NCBI GenBank assembly: GCA_963677485.1
Contig: OY781964.1
Location: 4,800,001 to 4,864,000 of the forward strand
DNA length: 64,000 nt
Direction: 5' to 3'
Source of the DNA: Armatimonadota bacterium
GTDB taxonomy: Bacteria; Armatimonadota; HRBIN16
Shown: one piece after another, positions 50,801 to 59,287 of the stretch
Layout of the letters: each line of letters opens with the position of its first letter
Position numbering within the stretch: position 1 is the stretch's first letter
Program-made: the position numbers and the translations under genes
Notes under the pieces: generated by a model
Databases searched by the model: none
What the model was told of the DNA's origin: nothing
The model's input: only the letters and a program-made list of their open reading frames with translations

Positions 50801-51486
50801 CCTGGCTTCACTCCACCAAAAGACAGAGCGGCTCTGTTCGCGAAGCCTAATGCATAGATGGCGGCTGAGATGTCTCTGCCGAACGGAACCAGTCGAGTAT
50901 CCCAGCCCAGCTCTACACCAGCCTCTTCAAGCTGCTCAGAGAAGGTGACACCGTTGGTCTCACCGGCCATGAACACATACAGGTTCTTCTCCTGCAGTTC
51001 ACGGGCGATTTTGACAGCCGTCTCCTTGTCAGGAGCGGCACCCACCACGGCGGCGAAACCTGGTGCAGAGCCGTCCACAAACTCTATACCGCGCTCGCGG
51101 ATGATCACATCACCCGCAGCGCCCAGCCAGATACCATCCACAGGATTGGGCCCGTCCAGATACTTGCAGGCCTCGATCAGCTCAAAAGCGAACAGTGTGG
51201 CCATGCCTCCGTCGAGTGTGGCACCCAGATAAGGCAGCCAGACGTGCTCACCGGGGATGGGCATCAACAGGCTGCGGCATTCATCCAGCACTTCCTGCAT
51301 GTCGCCCAGTTTTTCTACACGAATACCCAAAAGTGAGTTAATCACAGGCAAGGCGTAGGTCGTATCTGGAAAACCGACCTCGCAGTCCACACCGTGAAGT
51401 TCGATGGCCTTAGCCACCATGGCCTCGGTATCCGCGACGATCTTGTGAGCTCCCTTGATCGCAGATGAGGCGATTATCTTACTCAT
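47806..51486 (-). CDS. acsB-acsD: Acetyl-CoA synthase (AcsB, about aa 1-725) fused through an Ala/Pro-rich linker to the CoFeSP small subunit (AcsD, about aa 910-1226)
   Basis: FYSCLLCQSFAPNHVC, GLCGAY, PMTSCGCFE and HPAL (AcsB); GGASVLPF..FEG, IAMEVFD, PIDVNMAKQLN, ALGYGLEYTYSVMERIR, AGADMLVMYHP (AcsD); single uninterrupted ORF. Confidence 0.92.
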   Translation of the reverse strand: MSKIIASSAIKGAHKIVADTEAMVAKAIELHGVDCEVGFPDTTYALPVINSLLGIRVEKLGDMQEVLDECRSLLMPIPGEHVWLPYLGATLDGGMATLFAFELIEACKYLDGPNPVDGIWLGAAGDVIIRERGIEFVDGSAPGFAAVVGAAPDKETAVKIARELQEKNLYVFMAGETNGVTFSEQLEEAGVELGWDTRLVPFGRDISAAIYALGFANRAALSFGGVKPGDYERNLKYNKNRIFAFVIALGEVDEGKYAAAAGAISYGFPTIADTDIPEILPTGICTYEHVVSNVPLDKIVEKALEVRGCKIKITKVPIPVSYGPAFEGERIRKEQTYVEFGGNKTHAFEYVATREISEVEDGKIVVVGPEIDDVAEGTALPLAIWVEVAGRKMQSDFEPILERQIHHLINGGEGIWHMGQRDIIWVRISKGAQAKGFKIKHLGEIVRAKLLSEYPAIVDKVQVTLYTGKDDVEPRLAEARRVYRERNLRVESLTDESVDTFYSCLLCQSFAPNHVCVITPERLGLCGAYNWLDGKAAFEIDPTGPNQPLVKGECIDPIRGQWKNINDYVYVNSKQTISSFNAYSMLKDPMTSCGCFEAIVAMLPECNGVAIVNREYPGETPMGMKFSTLAGVTGGGQQTPGFIGVGKAYISSRKFIYSEGGHKRIVWMPKELKETLREELNHIGEQIGIENYIDMIADETAAGTDTAAISAYMEKVGHPALTMWDITQASPEAAEADAARGLIVETPAPAAAPAPKVEASPVVDAKPAEAAPAPVPVAEVVAPVAVVAASAPTAPAVTAMPNDGLGYVMQVLDKMRAQGMPVATAESTMEQQMAALQASTALNLLTAGANMLLMYSGAFGPMPAPAQAVSVAAPVTAPAAPAVEVIAEPVKVETAPRVVESASILVPTTFSIPPESSSVSVRLVTLGGSGKRTSSVVLGGASVLPFRHFEGSIGQTPVIAMEVFDKLPKNYPESLRTAYGALLDDPAAMAKHCVDKLGAAVISVRLDAAHPDHGDKAPEACAEFVGSILKAVGVPIIVTGPSHYEKCNAVMKEVASKYAGENLLLNWVETDNYKTIAAAAMAYDHCVVTQTPIDVNMAKQLNILCTNMGLAPEKIVIDSLTGALGYGLEYTYSVMERIRASAFTGDTMLAMPILATPGYEVAKTKESKAPMSSFPLWGPEQDRGALLEIATAMSLLNAGADMLVMYHPSAAQTVGRKIAEMTRVAG

Positions 51487-53441
51487 ACCAGTTCCCTCCG
51501 CTCCTTCATATCATAAAGTTTGCGTTCCTTCTTGGCGTTAATCCCAAGGGCGTCGCGCTTACCCTCTATGTGATCAATGATCTTCTGTGCGGCGATGTCG
51601 GGATCTGGCTCCCACTCGAATTTACCGCCGGTGATGTCTGCCATATCTTCGCACAGCAGCTTGGTGACGTTGGCGCTGCCCTCTACATATAGCGGATGGC
51701 CAAGAACGACGTACAGCCCGCTGGCTACGAAGTAACTACCAATCGCAACGGCCTTCTCACTCATCCACTCAGGTGCTGCACCCGCGACTGGCAGGTCGGA
51801 AAGGTCTTCGCCTAAACCACCCTCAAGCAGCACATTGGTGGCAGCCATCAGGATGCGGCTATTGTCAACGCATGAGCCCATATGCAGCACGGGAGGTATA
51901 CCCACCGCCTCGCAGACTTCACGCAGTGAATCGCCCGCATACTGCAGCGCAGCTTCAGGAACCAGAAGTCCCTCTTTGGCGCAGGCGATGGCGGAACAAC
52001 CGGTCTGAAGCACCAGGATGTTCGCCTTGATGAGTGCCTTGGTCATGCGGATATGCGAATCATCTGAGCGCACCTTGGGGTTGCTGCAGCCCACAATGCC
52101 GACCACTCCACGGATACGCCCGTCAATGATCGCGTCATTGAGGGGACGGAAGGTGCTTCGGAAGCGCCCGCCAAGCATCTGGAAGATCGTCTCATTGGAA
52201 AAGCCTGCTACCAGGTCCATCGATTCGGTTGGGATATTGACCCGGGTGGCATCTCGGTTCTCGTAGTTGTCGATGGCCATACGGATCAGCCGGCAGGCGT
52301 GCGCATAGCCTTCTTGAACATCAAACGTGATCTGTTCCGCGTTGAAGGTGTGGGCTATCTCCGATGTGCTGATCAGTTTCGTATGGAAGCACTTAGTGAC
52401 TTCAGGAAGTGAAGGCATGACGCACTGAACATCCACGATCATCATCTCAACGGCACCGGTGACGATGGCCAGCTCTTGCTGCAGGAAGTTACCAGCTATC
52501 GGCAAACCATGGCGCATCAGAACTTCGTTCGCCGTGCAGCAGATACCGGAGATGTTGATGCCGGCGGCACCCTTGCTTTTGGCGTAAGCCAGCAGCTCTT
52601 CATCGATGGACGCGGTGGCGAGCATCTCAGACAGCGTCGGCTCGTGGCCATGCACGATGATATTTACTTTATCATCGGACAGAACACCAAGGTTCACGCG
52701 GCTGCGAATGGGCTTAGGTGTGCCAAACAAGATATCTGACACAGCAGTGGCGATCATCGAGCCCACCCAGCCATCGGCCAGGCTGCACTTCAGGCCACCC
52801 ATGATGAGGTGGTGATAGTCATGATCAACACCCATGTGCGTTCGGTGCATCAGCTCTACCACGGCGGAGTCCACACCATTAGGTGCAATCTCCAGCTTCT
52901 CCCAAAGAGCTTGACGTTTCTCTGGAGCCATCTTAAGAATTTCGTTGGGCTTTTCAGACCAAGCAAACTGAGCCATGAAGAAGTCCGCCAGTTCGCCGGC
53001 GATCTGAAGGTCATCGCGGCCTTCTATCTCCATCTCAAAAAACTGAGCGATCTCGTGCAGTCTGCGGGAATCGGTGATCTTATAGGAGCCACCTTTACCA
53101 GCCACCACACTCTTGAGTGTTCGGACCAGCATACGGCCATGGTCAGAGTGTGCTGCAGTTCCTGCGGCGATTTCACGCAGCAAGTTCCGCGCCGTGATCG
53201 TATCAGCATCGGCTCCGCAAATTCCCTTTGGGGCTTTCGCGGTGATCCGGCATGGTCCCATATGGCACAACCGGCAGCAAACCCCTGTCATGCCGAACTT
53301 GCACTGTGGCTGCTGTGTTTTATATCGATCCCAAACAGTCGATATGCCTCCAACCTGTGCGATGTCGATCATGCGGTTAGTTGCTGAGTCGTGTGAATAT
53401 AAGTTATTGCCTTTTGGTTCGTTCACTTCGGGCATCTTCAA
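51483..53441 (-). CDS. cooS: Anaerobic Ni-CO dehydrogenase catalytic subunit
   Basis: PQCKFG..GVCCRLCHMGPC, HGHEP, GICCTANE, VDVQC, VGCSN, TGCSA, HMGSCVDNSR, EWMSEKA. Confidence 0.96.
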   Translation of the reverse strand: MKMPEVNEPKGNNLYSHDSATNRMIDIAQVGGISTVWDRYKTQQPQCKFGMTGVCCRLCHMGPCRITAKAPKGICGADADTITARNLLREIAAGTAAHSDHGRMLVRTLKSVVAGKGGSYKITDSRRLHEIAQFFEMEIEGRDDLQIAGELADFFMAQFAWSEKPNEILKMAPEKRQALWEKLEIAPNGVDSAVVELMHRTHMGVDHDYHHLIMGGLKCSLADGWVGSMIATAVSDILFGTPKPIRSRVNLGVLSDDKVNIIVHGHEPTLSEMLATASIDEELLAYAKSKGAAGINISGICCTANEVLMRHGLPIAGNFLQQELAIVTGAVEMMIVDVQCVMPSLPEVTKCFHTKLISTSEIAHTFNAEQITFDVQEGYAHACRLIRMAIDNYENRDATRVNIPTESMDLVAGFSNETIFQMLGGRFRSTFRPLNDAIIDGRIRGVVGIVGCSNPKVRSDDSHIRMTKALIKANILVLQTGCSAIACAKEGLLVPEAALQYAGDSLREVCEAVGIPPVLHMGSCVDNSRILMAATNVLLEGGLGEDLSDLPVAGAAPEWMSEKAVAIGSYFVASGLYVVLGHPLYVEGSANVTKLLCEDMADITGGKFEWEPDPDIAAQKIIDHIEGKRDALGINAKKERKLYDMKERRELV

Positions 53442-53584
53442 TCGGCTCCTTGTCTTGGCATCTAGTAGTGACCAGGAATGATAGCTTATGCTATTAAGTA
53501 TTCCCTTACGATATTAGGTATCCGTATGCGACCTTCATCACCACGCGATCATATGTGATGATGATTTCAGAAATGATTCTGTGA

Positions 53585-54343
53585 TTATTCGGTCAAGTAT
53601 TGGGAAAGCATTGCTCCGACGGCTTGCCTGGCAGGGGATTCCAAGGGGATATCCACCACTGCCATTCCACCGGCATCCTGGTCGGCAACATTTTGATCAA
53701 CGGGTATGATTGCGATGATGGGCAGGCCAGTCAGCTCTGCCTCTTTTTGCACCATGGGAGGTAGTATACCGTCCGGAACACGGTTGATGATCAGTCCCCT
53801 GTGCTTCACTGGTGTGCCCATCTCGTCGGTCAGTTTTGCGATTGTTCCCGCAGTACGCACCCCACGGACGCTGCAGTCTGTGACGATGCATAACAGGTCA
53901 ACGGTCAGTAGCGTGCGTCGCGCCAGGTGCTCTAAACCGGCTTCGTTGTCTACCACCACATGGCGGTAGTTCTCAGACAGTTTACGTATGACATCACGTA
54001 GCACGTTGTTCGCGAAGCAGTAACAGCCGGGGCCTTCAGGGCGGCCCATGACGATCAAGTCGTAACCGTCCTGCTCTACCATGGCTTCCTGAACGCGTAC
54101 ATCCATGAACTCTTGTTTGGATATACCCGAAAGCTCTTTTGCTTTATGCAGAGCATCTTCGCGGATTCCGCCCACTGTGGCATCGTATGAGACACCGAGA
54201 GCTTCGTGCAGGTTCGCATTGGAATCAGCATCGACTGCCAGCACCGGGGTTTCTCCACGTGCGACCAGCCATTTGATGATCAGGGATGAGAGGGTCGTTT
54301 TACCGACCCCTCCCTTCCCGGTGATGGCGATGGTTAGTTTCAT
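53585..54343 (-). CDS. cooC: CODH/ACS nickel-insertion ATPase (CooC/AcsF)
   Basis: GKGGVGKT, DAD.NANL, GPGCYC, DNEAGLEH. Confidence 0.92.
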   Translation of the reverse strand: MKLTIAITGKGGVGKTTLSSLIIKWLVARGETPVLAVDADSNANLHEALGVSYDATVGGIREDALHKAKELSGISKQEFMDVRVQEAMVEQDGYDLIVMGRPEGPGCYCFANNVLRDVIRKLSENYRHVVVDNEAGLEHLARRTLLTVDLLCIVTDCSVRGVRTAGTIAKLTDEMGTPVKHRGLIINRVPDGILPPMVQKEAELTGLPIIAIIPVDQNVADQDAGGMAVVDIPLESPARQAVGAMLSQYLTE

Positions 54344-54358
54344 TCAGCCTTCCGTATT

Positions 54359-55411
54359 CTACGCAAGCCGTGCCTGGAGTGCAGCACTGGTCTTACCGAG
54401 AAGATCGAATACCAGCTCTGCATCAGCTACAGGCAAGGAGCCAGTGCCGCAAGACGGGGTGATCATTGCCTGATTCAGGATCAGCTCACGGGATATGCCC
54501 GCTGCTTTTGCTAGGTTATCTACACCTTCGTCAAACTTCGCCACGAGGCTCTCAACTGTCTGGGCTTGTATCTTGGCACTGTTGGTAGGAACCACGCCCC
54601 ACGCCAACACCTTACCGGCTTCCAGGTGGACCTTTACAGCTTGTGGGTATAACGCGATGGTGTCAGCAAACTCAAATGCATCGAAGTTCACCACATCCAC
54701 ACCGGCATCCATGAGGATAGACCATTCCGTGTTTCCGCAGCAGTGAACACCGGCAAGCGCACCCTCGGCGTGAACGGCATCCACTACCTCGGCCAGTTTT
54801 TCCACTACGTCTTCACGGCTCACGCTCACATATGTGGATGATCCGAATGCAGATAGAATGGGCTCATCAATGAAGCAGATGATCTTTTCGGCAAACTGTT
54901 TGAACTTGCGGATCTGCCAGCGGCACTTCATGGCGAGCGCTTTGACCACCACATCGATGAACTCAGCGTTGTAATAGATCGCTCGTTTGTTCTCATCGAC
55001 GATGGTCAGGCCGAAGCTGATGGGCCCTGTGGTCTGCACTTTCATAATCGGGCGCACTCCACCCTCAGCCTGCAGAGCAGCTTCCATGGCGAAAATGCCT
55101 TTGGAAAATTCCGGGGTAATCTGGAAATAGTCGTAGTTCTCCATGAGATAGTTCTCATAGAAATTCGCCAGATCCATCGAGTAGTCTCCCGTCGTATCAA
55201 AATACATGCGTCCTTTGACGCGGTCAATGACCACGCGGGGCATTCCTTCGGAATACTGCATCTCCATCTGTTCGTTCATGCCATTTGCGGGCAACTGTGG
55301 CCAGATAGGAGCGACAGGAATGCTATTCAATATCACTTTCACAGCATCAGCAGCATTGGCATGCGGCAGACTTCCTATTGCTGTGGCAATACATTTGGGT
55401 GAGAAGCTCAT
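54359..55411 (-). CDS. Core (MetE C-terminal-only, MesB-like) methionine synthase
   Basis: TAIGSLPH, WPQLP, KVQTTGP, IDEP, zinc ligands GVHCCG and TPSCG; no folate-binding N-terminal half; start ATG 55411 with RBS ggagg. Confidence 0.8.
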   Translation of the reverse strand: MSFSPKCIATAIGSLPHANAADAVKVILNSIPVAPIWPQLPANGMNEQMEMQYSEGMPRVVIDRVKGRMYFDTTGDYSMDLANFYENYLMENYDYFQITPEFSKGIFAMEAALQAEGGVRPIMKVQTTGPISFGLTIVDENKRAIYYNAEFIDVVVKALAMKCRWQIRKFKQFAEKIICFIDEPILSAFGSSTYVSVSREDVVEKLAEVVDAVHAEGALAGVHCCGNTEWSILMDAGVDVVNFDAFEFADTIALYPQAVKVHLEAGKVLAWGVVPTNSAKIQAQTVESLVAKFDEGVDNLAKAAGISRELILNQAMITPSCGTGSLPVADAELVFDLLGKTSAALQARLA

Positions 55412-55438
55412 GATGTATCCTCCGTCGGTATTCAATGT

Positions 55439-56248
55439 TTATAATTTCAGGGCGTCTGGCCGCTCATAGTTGCTTATGATAGCCTGTTTGATATTCCGAA
55501 ATGGTTCTAGTAGTTCGGGTTCGTGCAGGTCGGCTAGTGCTAACGCAGTCCTGTCAGCCATACCGATGCGGGCATCATATGGGATGACACCTAGAACAGC
55601 ACCTTCACCAAACTCATTCACGACCCACGCGCGGTCCGACACGGGGTCAGTCGCTTTGTTGATCACTATGGCAAATTGTTTAATTCCGATACCGGCAGCC
55701 AGATCACGCACGCGAAGGGCTGTCTCTACACTACGCTTCCCGGGCTCTACAACCGCCAGCATAAGGTCCACTCCCATGGCGGTACCTCGCCCAAGGTGCT
55801 CTATGCCAGCCTCCATGTCGAGAATGACCACCTCATTGCGTTTTAACACAATCTCTCGGACGAGTGACTTCAGCAGCACGCTCTCAGGGCAGTTGCATCC
55901 TCCACCAGCACTAGGAATGCCACCAAGCACGAGTAAGTCAACACCTGCGTGATGCACGGCGTACTGCTCAGCTATTCCTGACACATCGGGGTTGATAGAG
56001 AATATCTGTCCAAACTGATTGACTTTAGCACCTGTGCGCTCTTCAACCAGTTGGCGTTCCTGAGAAATGGTGTGGATCCGCTGTAGAAGATCAGAGGGCA
56101 TACCGAGTGCCGATGCCAGATTTGCATCCGGGTCAGCATCGATAGCCAGAACCTTGCGCCCGTCTACTGCGAACAGTCTTGCGAGGGTGCCTGACAGCGT
56201 CGATTTCCCGACCCCGCCTTTTCCGGATATGGCCAGTTTAAGAGACAT
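55439..56248 (-). CDS. cooC: Second CooC-type nickel-insertion ATPase
   Basis: GKGGVGKS, DADPDANL, GGGCNCPE, DMEAGIEHLGRGT. Confidence 0.92.
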   Translation of the reverse strand: MSLKLAISGKGGVGKSTLSGTLARLFAVDGRKVLAIDADPDANLASALGMPSDLLQRIHTISQERQLVEERTGAKVNQFGQIFSINPDVSGIAEQYAVHHAGVDLLVLGGIPSAGGGCNCPESVLLKSLVREIVLKRNEVVILDMEAGIEHLGRGTAMGVDLMLAVVEPGKRSVETALRVRDLAAGIGIKQFAIVINKATDPVSDRAWVVNEFGEGAVLGVIPYDARIGMADRTALALADLHEPELLEPFRNIKQAIISNYERPDALKL

Positions 56249-56455
56249 GAATCATCCTTTGTGGCGAATATGGTACAAGTGCGAGCTGCATACAGCGGAT
56301 GGCCATATGCCGGAGGCACTACTATACGTTCTAGCATCTATAGATACTGAATGAAAGAAGAATGGTGTTGAGTTCTGGTAGATTAAGACCATCGTATGGG
56401 CAGTTTGCATAATAGTATTATAAGGTAAGTTGCAAGCATCCTTAGCCACTGTGAA

Positions 56456-56695
56456 CTAGTCGGTTTCTTTCATCTGGCCCAGTTGAGCCAGACACTCTTC
56501 CGCGTGCTTGCACCAGGCAGCACAAGCCATATTGTTCCGCGGATTCACCACACAGTGACTGCAGTGAGGACAGCTACGCCGCAGGTCATCCTTATAGAAC
56601 TCAATGGGCTGACCACAGTGAACACACGGCAACTCGTAGATGTCTTCATGTGTCCAGTAGCGCAAATCTTGACCGGGGCAGTTCGCAGGTGCCAT
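56456..56695 (-). CDS. Small Cys-rich zinc-ribbon-like protein (79 aa)
   Basis: CPGQD, CVHCG, CPHC, CAAWC....C; RBS aggag before ATG 56695. Confidence 0.7.
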   Translation of the reverse strand: MAPANCPGQDLRYWTHEDIYELPCVHCGQPIEFYKDDLRRSCPHCSHCVVNPRNNMACAAWCKHAEECLAQLGQMKETD

Positions 56696-57050
56696 GGCAC
56701 TCTCCTGACAATAGCGATTCAGAGAGGAAATACGCCGCGGCGCTTCTCTTAATGTACATATTACCTTAGTAGATTTGGATGTGTATTTCAAATACAGCAT
56801 ACTTTAAGTGCTCATTATGGTAATATCGTGCTCCTAACAGCATTTATCGCTAAATGGCCGTTGTTGGTCGGCCCCCTACTCACTCGGCTGCTTCGTTGCA
56901 GCTATCCGTGCCACTAGTTCATTTCGCAGAAGCATGAAGTCGGTTGGTTTCCAGTCCATGTCCACATGGGGGCATTTCTTCACGTACGATGCGGCCCGCC
57001 GACTCATGAGGTGCGCTCAAGATCATAACTGAGAGTGGATCCTACCGAAT

Positions 57051-59060
57051 TCAACTACCGTCGCTGAATTCCTTCGCCTTCGCACGGCAGGAATTGATGG
57101 TGTTTCCATACCGATTCAGATAGCCTCTGAACGAGCCGGCATCTTTGCAATCATTGAGCCATAGGCGCGAAAACTCCGTTTTGAGTTCTTCGTATGCAGT
57201 CACCACAGCAAGCAGTTCATCAACAAGCTGCGCCTTGGGCACCAGTTTGTTCAGCACGTGTTCCCGCATCACGAACTTCCGCCCCATCGCTTCGTAGTTT
57301 TTCGCGGCGAAGAGAAGTTGTTCGATGACATCCTTGTTACGTTTGACCTTAGTCTGTGCTTTTTCCAGCAGTGTGACGGCTTGTTCGGCGGAGGCCAGGA
57401 TGGCTCTACCCAGGTTGCCAGGTTCAACGAGCGCCAGGATGGTAGGATCGGTGAAAGGGTCACCAAAGAACTCGTAATAGAACCGTCCGAAGCGGCTGTT
57501 GCCAACATATGCTGGCTCATCAATCTCGCCTGCCGCATTGCGTAGCCTGAGCTTCTTTCCGTTGATATTACCAGCCAGGTTGATCGCCCGTGCTACCGTG
57601 TCATCTTTGATGCCGAATATCAGCTTCCCAATCGTCTTGTTGAAGTAGGCGATGTCTAGCTTCGCACCCGCCCACGCACACACGCCATGATACAGAATTG
57701 GATACCATGTCATACCCGGCAGGTGATAGTGTCCGTCATCACCCCAGTCGGTGGTGACGCTGCCAGTTGCTCCACACTGCACGGCCCGACTGACGGTGAC
57801 ATCGGAAAACTGCTTCGCATGACCAACATACGGCATGATGTGACCGTGCGAATCGATCCAGGGTTGTGCGAAGAAATCCAATCCCAGTTTATGAAGTCTG
57901 GGGAAGTCTTTTTCCCAACTGCCGTAGAAGTCAGCCGTATAATAGCTGGCGATCAGCATGTCCTTAGGCAGCCTTTCGACAACTGATCCCAGTCCCGCAA
58001 GAGTGCCTTCATCCGCGAGCGGACCTTGCGCCACAATGAGACGCATACCCCTCTTAGCCAATTCATCACGCATTTTGGTCGCGTATTTCAAAGTCAGCTC
58101 AGTCAGTTCATGCTGTGTGGTACCGCTCTCTTTAAAGGCTGTGTCGTTGATCTCGGTGATATCAACCGTGATGAACTTGCCGGGAAAAGCATCGCATATC
58201 TCATTGATCAGATCAAGCACGAAAGCCACGGATTCGGGTTTTCGTATATCAACCGTTCCGCCATCGGGAACCATGAACTTTCTGTAAGGTGGCTTCAAGC
58301 CTATGATGTAAAAATGCCCAAAGGTCTGCATCATGGGATGAACTTCCATGTGGTAGCGATCGGCCATGTCGAACAGTTTACGGGCGTCCTGGGCCGTGAT
58401 GGCCTCAGGGGGCGCGATATCGGGGTAACGCGTCCATTTGAACTGGTCCTCTATGTAGAGTTCATACATATTCATCTTGGCTTCAGCCGTGATACTGGCA
58501 AGTCTTTGAAGGGCTTCGATTTTGGGCATCTGCCCTCGGCTCACATCGTATTGGAACCCGCGGTAACGCAGCGAAGGCCAGTCGCGAATCACAATGCCGG
58601 GTATCGATGTGCGGTCAGTCGCCATCTGCGCGATGGTGCGGGTGGCGTAATAGATGCCGGTCTCCGTCAACGCGGCGACGGTGATGCCCTCTGCGTCCAC
58701 TCGCAGGTAATAACCCTCTTCACCAAGAGCTTTCACATCGGCCGTGGTGACAGATGTGATTCCCTTAGGAATTCTGCCCTTCTGGCAAAGAACCAAGCTG
58801 ATGCATCGTGCTTCACGCGTATTCGGTATCACATTGAGTTTGATACCACAGCTTGTTTTTAACAGACCTGGAAAGTCGACACTAAGCCGTGTGTCGCGGC
58901 AACCCACAAGCCTGATGCCCAGGCACTTTCTCAAATCAAAACGGCCACTAACCATCGCCACAGCTTTTGGTTGGGGAAGAATCCAGACATCGGCGTTGCC
59001 AAGGATTTTGGCGACTTTCACGAAGTCCGTTTCGAAAGTTGAATGTGTCTGCACCACCAT
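57051..59060 (-). CDS. GH20-like beta-N-acetylhexosaminidase family protein with atypical catalytic motif
   Basis: EEGYYL, IRDWPSLRYRG..YDVSRG, QTFGH, TDWGD.GH; start ATG 59060 with RBS aggag. Confidence 0.8.
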   Translation of the reverse strand: MVVQTHSTFETDFVKVAKILGNADVWILPQPKAVAMVSGRFDLRKCLGIRLVGCRDTRLSVDFPGLLKTSCGIKLNVIPNTREARCISLVLCQKGRIPKGITSVTTADVKALGEEGYYLRVDAEGITVAALTETGIYYATRTIAQMATDRTSIPGIVIRDWPSLRYRGFQYDVSRGQMPKIEALQRLASITAEAKMNMYELYIEDQFKWTRYPDIAPPEAITAQDARKLFDMADRYHMEVHPMMQTFGHFYIIGLKPPYRKFMVPDGGTVDIRKPESVAFVLDLINEICDAFPGKFITVDITEINDTAFKESGTTQHELTELTLKYATKMRDELAKRGMRLIVAQGPLADEGTLAGLGSVVERLPKDMLIASYYTADFYGSWEKDFPRLHKLGLDFFAQPWIDSHGHIMPYVGHAKQFSDVTVSRAVQCGATGSVTTDWGDDGHYHLPGMTWYPILYHGVCAWAGAKLDIAYFNKTIGKLIFGIKDDTVARAINLAGNINGKKLRLRNAAGEIDEPAYVGNSRFGRFYYEFFGDPFTDPTILALVEPGNLGRAILASAEQAVTLLEKAQTKVKRNKDVIEQLLFAAKNYEAMGRKFVMREHVLNKLVPKAQLVDELLAVVTAYEELKTEFSRLWLNDCKDAGSFRGYLNRYGNTINSCRAKAKEFSDGS

Positions 59061-59287
59061 ATCTCCTATACGTCTTGATCGCGTCATATACCCGTCAGTA
59101 CCACACTTTGATGGGCACAACGCAGGATGCGAAGCTCACTTCAGAGCGTAGTTTAGGTGCAGTATATCAAGACTCGTGCCTCGATTCGTCGAATTCCCGC
59201 CGGATCCGCGAAATACGTCTCATTGACATCTATCTACCCCCATGGAATCATATAAATGATGTGCAACTTTTTGCAGGAGGAAGTTCG

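Noticed and set aside
53535-53565. Imperfect inverted repeat upstream of cooS as a CooA/CRP-type site
   Set aside because: Only one good half-site, and no such regulator in the window
56249-56455. SAM or cobalamin riboswitch upstream of the acs/methionine cluster
   Set aside because: No S-box or B12-box core found; only a short AT-rich palindrome (ataatagtattat), too weak to call
58967-59287. 107-aa N-terminal extension of the aldolase ORF
   Set aside because: It overlaps the divergent GH20 start, and a strong RBS precedes GTG 59288
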